A DNA stretch of 64,000 nt, from assembly GCA_965221325.1 (NCBI GenBank), contig OZ244880.1; one strand, 5' to 3'. Every line of letters starts with the position of its first letter. Positions within the stretch are counted from its first letter, which is position 1. The translations under genes and the position numbers were made by a program. This document shows positions 47,697-55,927 of this stretch, piece after piece. This DNA is from Candidatus Foliamicus sp. Lineage in GTDB: Bacteria > Pseudomonadota > Gammaproteobacteria > Steroidobacterales > Foliamicaceae. A model generated the notes under the pieces. It worked only from the letters and a program-made list of their open reading frames with translations, did not search any database and had not been told where the DNA came from.

Positions 47697-47776
47697 GAGG
47701 CAAGTTTATCGCCGTGGGCGGACACTTATAATGCCTTGCGCGGCGAATACGGCCCGCAAAACGCCGCCTGGACGCC

Positions 47777-48808
47777 ATGACCCTGAGAACCGATGCATTG
47801 ATTGTGGGCGCCGGCCCTTGCGGGCTTTTTCAGGCGTTCGAATTGGGCTTGCTTGGCATACGCGCCCATATTGTGGATGCGCTGCGCGAGCCCGGCGGGC
47901 AGTGCTCGGAGCTCTATCCGGACAAGCCGATTTATGACATTCCGGCCATTCCCGTGCTCAGCGCTCAGGAATTGGTGGATGCCCTGTTGAAGCAGATCGC
48001 GCCGTTTGAGCCGGTATTCCATCTCGGTGAAGAAGTAACTGTGGTGGAACCGCTCGAAGCGGGGGAGGGGTTTCGCGTGGAAACCGGCGCCGGAAAGTAT
48101 TTCCAGGCGCGCACCTTGTTTCTGGCAGGCGGCGTGGGCTCGTTTCAGCCGCGCAAGCTGCGTCTGGAGGGGGCCGATACCATAGAAGGCCGGCAACTTC
48201 ACTATCGTGTCAAGGATTCTTCACGCTTTGCCGGCAAGCGTTTGCTGATTCTGGGTGGCGGCGATTCGGCTTTGGATTGGGCACTGGAGCTAAGCGGCGT
48301 CGCAGAAAGCGTTACGCTTGCTCATAGGCGCAACGAATATCGCGCGGCGCCGGCGTCGGTGGCGCAATTCAAGCAGTTGGTGGCGCAGGGCAGGGCGCAA
48401 CTGTTCGAAAACGCGCGCGCTACGCGCCTGCAGTTACGCGAACGCGCACTGCAGGCTGTGACTCTAACAGTCGAAGGTGCGGAGCAGGATCCGCTTGAAG
48501 TCGATGAATTGCTGGCGTTTTTCGGCTTGGCTCCGAAGCTGGGGCCGATCGCTGGCTGGGGATTGGACCTGAACCGCAAAACCGTGAATGTGGATCCCGA
48601 AAAGTTCCAGACCAATGTGCCGGGCATATTCGCCATAGGCGACATCTGCTTTTACCCCGGAAAGAAGAAACTGATTCTGAGCGGATTCCATGAGGCGGCG
48701 CTGGCGGCTTTTGCCGCCAAGGAGCTATTGGAGCCGGGGAAAAAGGTGCATTTGCAGTACACGACCACCAGCCCCATCATGCACAAGCGGCTGGGAGTCA
48801 CCGGCTGA
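47777..48808 (+). CDS. Ferredoxin-NADP+ reductase (TrxB-like)
   Basis: GAGPCGLF, GGQCSELYPDKPIYDIP, GGGDSALDWA, YPGKKKLILSGFHEAA, QYTTTS. Confidence 0.9.
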   Translation: MTLRTDALIVGAGPCGLFQAFELGLLGIRAHIVDALREPGGQCSELYPDKPIYDIPAIPVLSAQELVDALLKQIAPFEPVFHLGEEVTVVEPLEAGEGFRVETGAGKYFQARTLFLAGGVGSFQPRKLRLEGADTIEGRQLHYRVKDSSRFAGKRLLILGGGDSALDWALELSGVAESVTLAHRRNEYRAAPASVAQFKQLVAQGRAQLFENARATRLQLRERALQAVTLTVEGAEQDPLEVDELLAFFGLAPKLGPIAGWGLDLNRKTVNVDPEKFQTNVPGIFAIGDICFYPGKKKLILSGFHEAALAAFAAKELLEPGKKVHLQYTTTSPIMHKRLGVTG

Positions 48809-48842
48809 CTCCTGCAGGAGCAGGGCCTCACATCGTCTGTAT

Positions 48843-49433
48843 CTAACCGGCCCCGCGCTCCGCCTGCGCCATCTCCGCGCGTATCGCCGCCTCGAACTGC
48901 TCCTCGCTGTGCCCGCCGAGCAGCGTCTTGGACAGCTTGCCGTCGGGATTGATGAGATAGTTGGCCGGCAACACGCCCGACCAAAGAGGATCTAGTTCCT
49001 CTATCATCAGATAATCTTCAACTTCTGCGCTTAAGTAGCTGTTCCATTGCGGAAACCTGTTCTCAATAAACTCCGTGACCAGCCAACTGGAATCCATCGG
49101 ATCGTCCACCGAAATGGCAATGAGCGCAAATCGGGACGGATCGAGCTTCTCGCGCAGGTGAAGGAGTGCGGGAATCTCGTGAATACAAGGGCCGCACCAG
49201 GTGGCCCAGAAATTCACCAGCACCACCTTGCCTCGGTGGCGTTCAAGCAGGGGCGGCAAATCCCGGGCGTAGATGAAATCCAGGACTCCGCCGCTGCCGG
49301 GCGATTGCGGCAAATCGGTGTCCGCGGCCGCGAGCCGGAATCCCCACAGCGCCAGGACTGACAGCGCCAACAGCATTGCCGCCGCTTGCAGGCCAAGCGG
49401 TGTAAGATAGCGATGCGGCAATTTGATCTTCAT
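48843..49433 (-). CDS. TlpA-family thioredoxin-like disulfide reductase
   Basis: N-terminal TM/signal, GKVVLVNFWATWCGPC..EIP. Confidence 0.88.
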   Translation of the reverse strand: MKIKLPHRYLTPLGLQAAAMLLALSVLALWGFRLAAADTDLPQSPGSGGVLDFIYARDLPPLLERHRGKVVLVNFWATWCGPCIHEIPALLHLREKLDPSRFALIAISVDDPMDSSWLVTEFIENRFPQWNSYLSAEVEDYLMIEELDPLWSGVLPANYLINPDGKLSKTLLGGHSEEQFEAAIRAEMAQAERGAG

Positions 49434-49447
49434 GGAGGCTATGTCCT

Positions 49448-50803
49448 ATGAAACTGAGAGCATACACCAGCGCTATGGCCTTGCTCGGAGCGCTTGTTTT
49501 CGCGCCTTCGCTCGCTTGGAGCCAGGTTGAAGTCCTTCATCAGCAGAAGCTCGGGGACGTCAACCGCGCGGCTTTCAGTCCGGAAATCACTGTCTCCAAC
49601 GACGGCGAGTTGTATGTGGTCTGGCTCGACCGCGACATGCCGACAGGCCCGCCACCCAAGCGCGCTCCCGGCGAACACAGCCATCGATCCTCGGTGGATC
49701 TTCTGATATCCAGGTCCGGCGATGGCGGCGCCTCCTTCACTGCTCCGGCCCGCGTGAACCAGGAAAGCGGTGTAATCTGGGGCTTCCAGGTAAGCAAGCC
49801 GCGCATCAGCACGGATCTGCATGGAGCGGTGCATATCTTTTACCCCGCCAATGCCGTGTCGTCCGAAACCCGGCTGGACGTGATTGCTTCGCACTACACG
49901 CATTCTGCCGACAAGGGCGCCACGTTCTCCGCGCCCGTTACCCTGAATTCACACGTGGACCGTGATGGGCGAGGGCTGCTGGGCGAGGAATTGGGTGCCG
50001 CGCACGCCTTTGGGACCATGGCGGTGGCCCCGGATGGAACAGTCCACACCTTCTGGCTGGATACGCGATACATGGACGGTGTAAGCGACGGCGCCACGCT
50101 GTTCACGGCCGTCTCTAGCGACGGCGGCGATAGCTTCTCGAAGGAAATCGAATTTGCGCGCGGCGTGGTTTGCCCGTGCTGTCAGCTTGTAGCGGATTTC
50201 GTCAGCGACGCCGTTCTGGTCTCCTACAGACATGTCTTCGACGACGGCTCTCGAGACAGTGTGGTGCTGCGCTCCACCGACCAAGGCACCACTTGGCCCG
50301 AATTGGCGCGCGTACCCCTCGACCCCTGGTATACCGGCGGTTGCCCGCTGAAGCCACTGGACATGGCCGTGAACGAGAATTACGTCTATTCGGTGTCTTA
50401 TTCAGAAGGGCCGGAACAGCACGGCGTATGGTTCAGCCGCTCACACAATGGCGCTCTCGAATTTGAAGCGGCGATGCATTTGCATCCTGCGTCCAATTCT
50501 AGCGACTCACCAGTCGTCTCTGTCACTCCAAGCGGCGTGGTGCGCGTTGTCTGGCATTCCCGTGAAGAGCGAAGGAGTCCCTTCAGATTGTACATGGCGG
50601 AATCCTACGATCACGGCGAAACGTTTACGAAACCGATGGTTCTGCCCACGCCGGAAGGCAATTCCCGTTTTCCCGTGATTGCAACGGCAATGGACGGAAC
50701 CTCGCATATCGCCTGGGAACAGCGCGTGAAGATCGGTGAGATCGTGACGACCGAGGTACACGTGATGAGCGTGGCCGCGCCACGGATGCGCCTGCGACCG
50801 TGA
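49448..50803 (+). CDS. Exported BNR/Asp-box beta-propeller protein with CPCC and GCP motifs
   Basis: Signal peptide; SGDGGASF, SADKGATF, SSDGGDSF, STDQGTTW, SYDHGETF repeats. Confidence 0.8.
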   Translation: MKLRAYTSAMALLGALVFAPSLAWSQVEVLHQQKLGDVNRAAFSPEITVSNDGELYVVWLDRDMPTGPPPKRAPGEHSHRSSVDLLISRSGDGGASFTAPARVNQESGVIWGFQVSKPRISTDLHGAVHIFYPANAVSSETRLDVIASHYTHSADKGATFSAPVTLNSHVDRDGRGLLGEELGAAHAFGTMAVAPDGTVHTFWLDTRYMDGVSDGATLFTAVSSDGGDSFSKEIEFARGVVCPCCQLVADFVSDAVLVSYRHVFDDGSRDSVVLRSTDQGTTWPELARVPLDPWYTGGCPLKPLDMAVNENYVYSVSYSEGPEQHGVWFSRSHNGALEFEAAMHLHPASNSSDSPVVSVTPSGVVRVVWHSREERRSPFRLYMAESYDHGETFTKPMVLPTPEGNSRFPVIATAMDGTSHIAWEQRVKIGEIVTTEVHVMSVAAPRMRLRP

Positions 50804-50864
50804 TCGCCAGCTTTGAGCCGAGAGGTGGAATAGACGACAACTCGCCTCTCGAATAAACCTTGCA

Positions 50865-50977
50865 GCCTGTCGGACTGCCTCGTCCTTGAACTCAGGGCTG
50901 TATCTTTGGTTGCTCATGGTACTTTCTCCTATGCTCGGAATAGGGCACGGAAGTATCCATCAAACCGGAGGCACTCC
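50865..50977 (-). pseudogene. IS3-family left-end remnant (eroded IRL plus the first about 17 codons of orfA)
   Basis: MSNQRYSPEFKDEAVRQ from ATG 50917 with AGGAG SD; upstream GAGTGCCTCCGGTTTGATGGATAC is IR-like; similarity is lost afterwards. Confidence 0.6.
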
Positions 50978-51010
50978 TACTCAAATCTAGTGCCTTGTAC
51001 GATTCAAATA

Positions 51011-51038
51011 ATTTAACATGATATAGTTTGGGGACTGT
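51011..51038. other. Degenerate dif-like (Xer) site, direct repeat of the dif at 58463
   Basis: ATTTAACATGA TATAGT TTGGGGACTGT versus ATTTAACATAA TATACA TTATGCCCGAG: XerD arm 10/11, core 4/6, XerC arm degenerate. Confidence 0.55.
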
Positions 51039-51064
51039 AAGCTTGAGCGTATTGGAGGGTAGAG

Positions 51065-51451
51065 ATGCAACGACTTAAAATGAACTTTATTAGGGCCACA
51101 GCAAGCCTATGCTCGGTGATTCTACTTATAAGCCCGCTAATGCTATTTCCTCCGCAAGTGGAGGCGCATGAAGGAACTCTATTCTATGATAGTTACTCGT
51201 GTGGCGGCGGCTGGGGAACGGCGGCGGCAACTTTATCGGTTCCGGTGGGTGGTGTGGAAGCGGCGAATATTGCCGAAAATGCAGGTTATCTGGGGTTTGA
51301 AATTCATGTTGATGGTTATATCGTTTGCGGAGTAAGGCGTGATGAGCATTGGATACAGACCGTTTGCTTATTAGCTACTATTCTGTTTTGGGCGGATAGT
51401 ATCCCGTGCCGCTGGTATATTCAGACGTATGCAGGCCACGGCTGGCACTAG
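51065..51451 (+). CDS. Orphan small secreted protein, lower GC than the host
   Basis: GGAGG SD, signal peptide ending VEA|H, four Cys in the mature part. Confidence 0.65.
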   Translation: MQRLKMNFIRATASLCSVILLISPLMLFPPQVEAHEGTLFYDSYSCGGGWGTAAATLSVPVGGVEAANIAENAGYLGFEIHVDGYIVCGVRRDEHWIQTVCLLATILFWADSIPCRWYIQTYAGHGWH

Positions 51452-51461
51452 GAATTAGGAT

Positions 51462-51590
51462 ATGGATCCAATTTTGATACCTCCCGGGGTAACGGTTGAG
51501 CGTGTGATCGTATTCACTGCAATATACGTTCTAGCCGCCATAGGCGCGTGGAATCTTGTAAAGCTAGTGTTCCGAACCATGAAAAAGTAG
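51462..51590 (+). CDS. 42-aa single-TM peptide MDPILIPPGVTVERVIVFTAIYVLAAIGAWNLVKLVFRTMKK (not in the ORF track)
   Basis: Translated by hand; AGGA immediately upstream; starts 10 nt after the previous stop; hydrophobic core and basic tail. Confidence 0.55.
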   Translation: MDPILIPPGVTVERVIVFTAIYVLAAIGAWNLVKLVFRTMKK

Positions 51591-51629
51591 GGGTGGGCCA
51601 TTTCGATTGCCTGCAGCCATGGTGTAACA

Positions 51630-52006
51630 CAACCACACTGTCAAATCTGGTGTATGGCGTGATTGAATCAGGCGGCTTTTCTGCTGCTGGTTCTGTGATC
51701 GATTCCGTCGACGAATGTCACGCCGGCGACGACATCGGCGAGTTGTCGGAACCCACGTAGCCTTCGCCATCGTTTCTGAGCGCTCATGGCGAGCTGATGC
51801 ATCAGGCTGAGGCCGGTGCGAGCACTCACGCAGTTTCGTGTTTTGCGGGTCCGCAGGCGGATCGTGGCGAACGTTGATTCGATGGGGTTAGTGGTGCGGA
51901 TGTGTTGCCAGTGGGCGGCCGGAAAGTCGTAGAAGGCCAGCAACACGGGGCGATCTTTGACCAGGCACGCGACCGCCCTGGGGAATTTGTTCTCGTAGGT
52001 AGCGAC
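51630..52006 (-). pseudogene. IS256-family transposase 3' fragment with right end (copy 1; copy 2 at 52296-52672)
   Basis: LLAFYDFPAAHWQHIRTTNPIESTFATIRLRT..AQKRWRRLRG; end motif CCATACACCAGATTTGACA. Confidence 0.85.
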
Positions 52007-52122
52007 TGTCAATGCCGAAGTAAATTTCCCCAGTTGTGCCGAAGTAAAAATCCCCACTTTTTTGGATATGTCGGCTCATTCTGAACTTTTTCGTAGGGGC
52101 GGGCGTCCGCGGCGTTTCTTTG
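52007..52122 (-). mobile_element. IS21-like terminal fragment (copy 1; copy 2 at 52673-52788)
   Basis: TGTCAATGCCGAAGTAAATTTCCCCA followed by a second TGCCGAAGTAAAAATCCCCA; truncates the IS256 ORF exactly at the TGT. Confidence 0.6.
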
Positions 52123-53524
52123 TGTAGAGAGCACATTTTTTGATACCTCCCGGGGTAACGGTTGAGCGTGTGATCGTATTCACTGCAATATACGTTCTAG
52201 CCGCCATAGGCGCGTGGAATCTTGTAAAGCTAGTGTTCCGAACCATGAAAAAGTAGGGGTGGGCCATTTCGATTGCCTGCAGCCATGGTGTAACACAACC
52301 ACACTGTCAAATCTGGTGTATGGCGTGATTGAATCAGGCGGCTTTTCTGCTGCTGGTTCTGTGATCGATTCCGTCGACGAATGTCACGCCGGCGACGACA
52401 TCGGCGAGTTGTCGGAACCCACGTAGCCTTCGCCATCGTTTCTGAGCGCTCATGGCGAGCTGATGCATCAGGCTGAGGCCGGTGCGAGCACTCACGCAGT
52501 TTCGTGTTTTGCGGGTCCGCAGGCGGATCGTGGCGAACGTTGATTCGATGGGGTTAGTGGTGCGGATGTGTTGCCAGTGGGCGGCCGGAAAGTCGTAGAA
52601 GGCCAGCAACACGGGGCGATCTTTGACCAGGCACGCGACCGCCCTGGGGAATTTGTTCTCGTAGGTAGCGACTGTCAATGCCGAAGTAAATTTCCCCAGT
52701 TGTGCCGAAGTAAAAATCCCCACTTTTTTGGATATGTCGGCTCATTCTGAACTTTTTCGTAGGGGCGGGCGTCCGCGGCGTTTCTTTGTGTAGAGAGCAC
52801 ATTAGTTGTCCGGTCTTAGAGCACATGAAGTGTCCGGTCGTATCTTCGAGCGTTTCTTGTTTTTGGGGAGTTCGAGATGGGGACGGCCAGGCGACGTCAG
52901 TGGAGGCGTTTGGAGATGTTTGAGGAGGCGCTTCGAGACTGGGAAGGCGGCTGTTTGACGCAGGATCAGGCGGCGGCGTTATTGGGGGTGAGTGTGCGGA
53001 CCTTTCGGCGCTGGACGGTTCGGTATGGCGAGGACGGTATTGAGGGTTTGCGCGACCGTCGGGTGTCGCGGGCTTCGGGGCGTGCGGCGCCGGTGGACGA
53101 GGTGATGCGGATGGTGGATCGCTACCGCACCCGGCATGCGGGCTGGAACATGCGTCATTACTACGCTTGGTATCGTCGTGCTGGGGCTCAGCGCAGTTAC
53201 ACGTGGGTGAGGAACAAGCTGCAGGAGCATGGTGCGGTAGTGAAGGGCCGTGGCCGTGGCAAGCACCGGCGCAAGCGGGCTCCGGCGCCGTGGCCTGGAG
53301 TGATGCTGCACCAGGACGGCAGTACGCACGAGTGGGTTTCGGGGAAGACTTGGGATTTGATTGTGACCATGGACGACGCCACCAACGAGCATTACTCGAT
53401 GTTTTTTTGCGAAGAGGAAGGCATGGGGAGCAGTTGTGCGGGAGTGCGCGTGACCGTTCCCCTGTAATCCGAGCCGTTTTGGATGTGTGATTTCCTTGTA
53501 TGTTGACCCCAAGGAGGTCCCCCG

Positions 53525-53791
53525 ATGAAGCGGAAGCGGTATACGCACGAACAGATCATTTCGATCCTCAAGGAGCACGAGGCCGGCCAGCCGGTCGGCG
53601 AGTTGGCGCGCCGGTATGGCGTCGTCGAGAACACGATTTATCGCTGGAAGTCCAAGTATGGCGGCATGGAGATATCCGACGCCAAGCGGCTTCGTGATCT
53701 TGAGCACGAGAACGCCCGGCTCAAGAAGCTGTTGGCCGAAGCGGAGTTGGACAAGTCGGCGCTGAAGGAGCTGGTCCAGGGAAAATGGTGA
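53525..53791 (+). CDS. IS3 transposase OrfA
   Basis: MKRKRYTHEQIISILKE, TIYRWKSKYGGM, LEHENARLKKL. Confidence 0.92.
   Translation: MKRKRYTHEQIISILKEHEAGQPVGELARRYGVVENTIYRWKSKYGGMEISDAKRLRDLEHENARLKKLLAEAELDKSALKELVQGKW
53779..53785 (+). promoter_or_regulatory. -1 programmed frameshift heptamer G GGA AAA
   Basis: X XXY YYZ pattern in the orfA frame at the orfA/orfB overlap; orfB is in the -1 frame. Confidence 0.7.
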
Positions 53792-54600
53792 CGGTCGCCC
53801 AGCGGCGAGCGGCCGTGGATCACCTCACCGATCGCCGCTACAGTCAACGACGTGCCTGCCGCCTGGTGGGCCTGCCCCGTTCGGTGGCCTGGTATCGGCT
53901 CAAGGGCCGTGACGACGCGGACCTGCGTCACCGGATGCAGGTCCTGGCGGAACGCTATCCCCGCTACGGTTATCTGACGTTGCACGAGATGCTCAAGCAG
54001 GAAGGCCGCGTCATCAACCGCAAGCGCACGTATCGGGTCTACCGCGAGGAAGGCCTGCAGGGGCGTACCAAGCGCCGCAAGAAGATCACGCGGCCCAGAG
54101 TGCCCATGCCGGTGCCGACGAAGGCGAACGAGCGCTGGTCCGCGGACTTCATGTCCGATCAGCTCGCCAATGGCCGGCGGTTCCGGATCCTCAACTTAAT
54201 CGACGACTTCTCCCGCCCGTGTGTCGGTCAGATCGTCGACACCTCGATCTCCGGCGCCCGCCTGGCCCGGTATCTCGATGAGCTCGGCACCATCCGGCCA
54301 TTGCCCAATACCCTGGTGCTCGACAATGGCCCGGAGTTCACTTCCAAGGCGATGTTCTTCTGGGCCCGGCGAACCGGTGTGCGGCTCCACTTCATCCAGC
54401 CCGGAAAGCCGACTCAGAATGCGTTCGTGGAAAGCTTCAACGGCAAGTTCCGAGAGTACTGCCTGGACTTACATTGGTTCGGCAGCCTGACGGAAGCACG
54501 CGCCATCATCAAGCGCTGGCAAACGCACTACAACCCTGTCCGGCCTCACCGATCCGTGGGCAGAATGCCCCCCTCAGTGTTCGCCAAGAAAGTAGCTTGA
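53785..54600 (+). CDS. IS3 transposase OrfB (DDE)
   Basis: WSADFMSD, LIDDFSR, DNGPEF, IQPGKPTQNAFVESFNG. Confidence 0.93.
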   Translation: MVTVAQRRAAVDHLTDRRYSQRRACRLVGLPRSVAWYRLKGRDDADLRHRMQVLAERYPRYGYLTLHEMLKQEGRVINRKRTYRVYREEGLQGRTKRRKKITRPRVPMPVPTKANERWSADFMSDQLANGRRFRILNLIDDFSRPCVGQIVDTSISGARLARYLDELGTIRPLPNTLVLDNGPEFTSKAMFFWARRTGVRLHFIQPGKPTQNAFVESFNGKFREYCLDLHWFGSLTEARAIIKRWQTHYNPVRPHRSVGRMPPSVFAKKVA

Positions 54601-54603
54601 TAT

Positions 54604-55927
54604 CACTAGTGTCCGGTTAAAAGTCGAATAAATTCATTTGGTTGGGATTGCCATGGGGTTCGGTCGTGAGTGGGCTGTCGAAAAGCCCTTGATTCAACGA
54701 GGTTTTTTCGAACATGGTGATCGACAGGACTTGCAGAAAAGTGTAGAGCGAGACCTCCAGGCCGAGGCGCTTCTTGACGATGGCGACGAGAACGTAGACC
54801 GACACGGCGACCCAGATCTGCGTCTTCACGGCGTTCTCGGAGGTGCCGAGGAACGACTTGATGCGCAGGTGCTGCTTGATCCACTTGAAGAACAGCTCCA
54901 CCTGCCAGCGGTTGCGGTACAGCTCGGCCACGGTGAGGGCGGGCACGGCGAAGTTGTTGGTCAGGAAGGTGAACGTCCTGCCGGTTTTCGGGTCTCGGCA
55001 CTTCACCCGCCGCAGGGGCTGGGGGTAGTCGTCCCTGGACTTCACGCCCGTCAGCACGACGGTCTGGTCGCAGAGCAGGCCGGCGAACTTGTCGACGGGA
55101 CGGGAGTATCGGCGGCGGAACCGGGTGTTGGACTTGGCGCGGGTCACGAAGAACGCGCCCATCGCGTGGATGGCGTTGAGCCGCGTGAAGTCCAGGTAGG
55201 CGCGGTCCATGACGTAGAAGGCGCCGGGCTCCGGGACCAGCAGGTCCAGCACGTTGACATCGTGCAGCTTGGCCTGCGAGACATGGATGAACGCGGGGAT
55301 GCTGCCGCGCAGGTCGAGGAGCGTGTACAGCTTGACGCCGGACTTCGTGGTTCGGAACAGCGCCCAGGGGAAGACCGACATGCACAGGTCGATGGTGGAG
55401 GAGTCCAGGGCGTACACGGTGTGGTCGAGCTCAAGGCCCAGGTCCTCGCCGGAATACAGGGCGCGGGCCTGCCCGATCAGGCGCTGCGCGAACTCGGCGA
55501 AGATGCGCCAGTCCCGACGCTCGTTGGCGTCCGCCAGGGTGGAGCGCCGAACCGGCGAGCGTATGCCCATGTGGTACAGCTTGGCCGACTGCGCCGACAG
55601 GCTGGCCTTGATGTCGCGCAGGCTCTCCCGCCCGGTCAGCTGCGCGAACGCCAGCACCCGGTACTGCTCGGCGCAGGACAGCGTGCGCACCCTGCGGTTC
55701 CCTTCGTACCGCGCCACCACCCGATGGAAGGTCTTCCAAGGCAGGAAGTCCATGACCTGCGCGAACAGCGTCGTTCCGGCATACATGCGGTCCCCTCAGT
55801 CCCAAGGGATCAAAGGGAGAAGATTTTGCCGACCCGCGCTCAAGTCGGGGACACCCAAAATCCGTTGTAACCTCTTGTTAAGCATCCATAAATCAGCGAA
55901 TCTCTAAACTTAAACCGGACACCAGTG
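54604..55927 (-). mobile_element. IS4-family element
   Basis: IRs CACTAGTGTCCGGTT / AACCGGACACCAGTG; 9-bp TSD GCTTGATAT (54595-54603, 55928-55936). Confidence 0.93.
54617..55786 (-). CDS. IS4-family transposase
   Basis: FAQLTGRESLRDI, YALDSSTIDL, VMDRAY, YRNRWQVELFFKWIKQHL. Confidence 0.93.
   Translation of the reverse strand: MYAGTTLFAQVMDFLPWKTFHRVVARYEGNRRVRTLSCAEQYRVLAFAQLTGRESLRDIKASLSAQSAKLYHMGIRSPVRRSTLADANERRDWRIFAEFAQRLIGQARALYSGEDLGLELDHTVYALDSSTIDLCMSVFPWALFRTTKSGVKLYTLLDLRGSIPAFIHVSQAKLHDVNVLDLLVPEPGAFYVMDRAYLDFTRLNAIHAMGAFFVTRAKSNTRFRRRYSRPVDKFAGLLCDQTVVLTGVKSRDDYPQPLRRVKCRDPKTGRTFTFLTNNFAVPALTVAELYRNRWQVELFFKWIKQHLRIKSFLGTSENAVKTQIWVAVSVYVLVAIVKKRLGLEVSLYTFLQVLSITMFEKTSLNQGLFDSPLTTEPHGNPNQMNLFDF

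Larger units (their letters stand above)
51472..52803. repeat. Apparently exact 666-bp tandem duplication (51472-52137, 52138-52803)
   Basis: Identical ORFs are offset by 666 (51548/52214, 51564/52230, 51668/52334, 51902/52568); boundaries read base by base. Confidence 0.92.

Noticed and set aside
50507-50917. 136-aa minus-strand ORF as a real gene
   Set aside because: Only the first about 17 codons are IS3 OrfA-like; the rest is antisense to the BNR gene.
52012-52055. Two 20-bp direct repeats TGCCGAAGTAAAWWTCCCCA as a mini-CRISPR or iterons
   Set aside because: The spacer is only a few bases and the repeats sit behind a TGT terminus, as expected for IS21-type end repeats.
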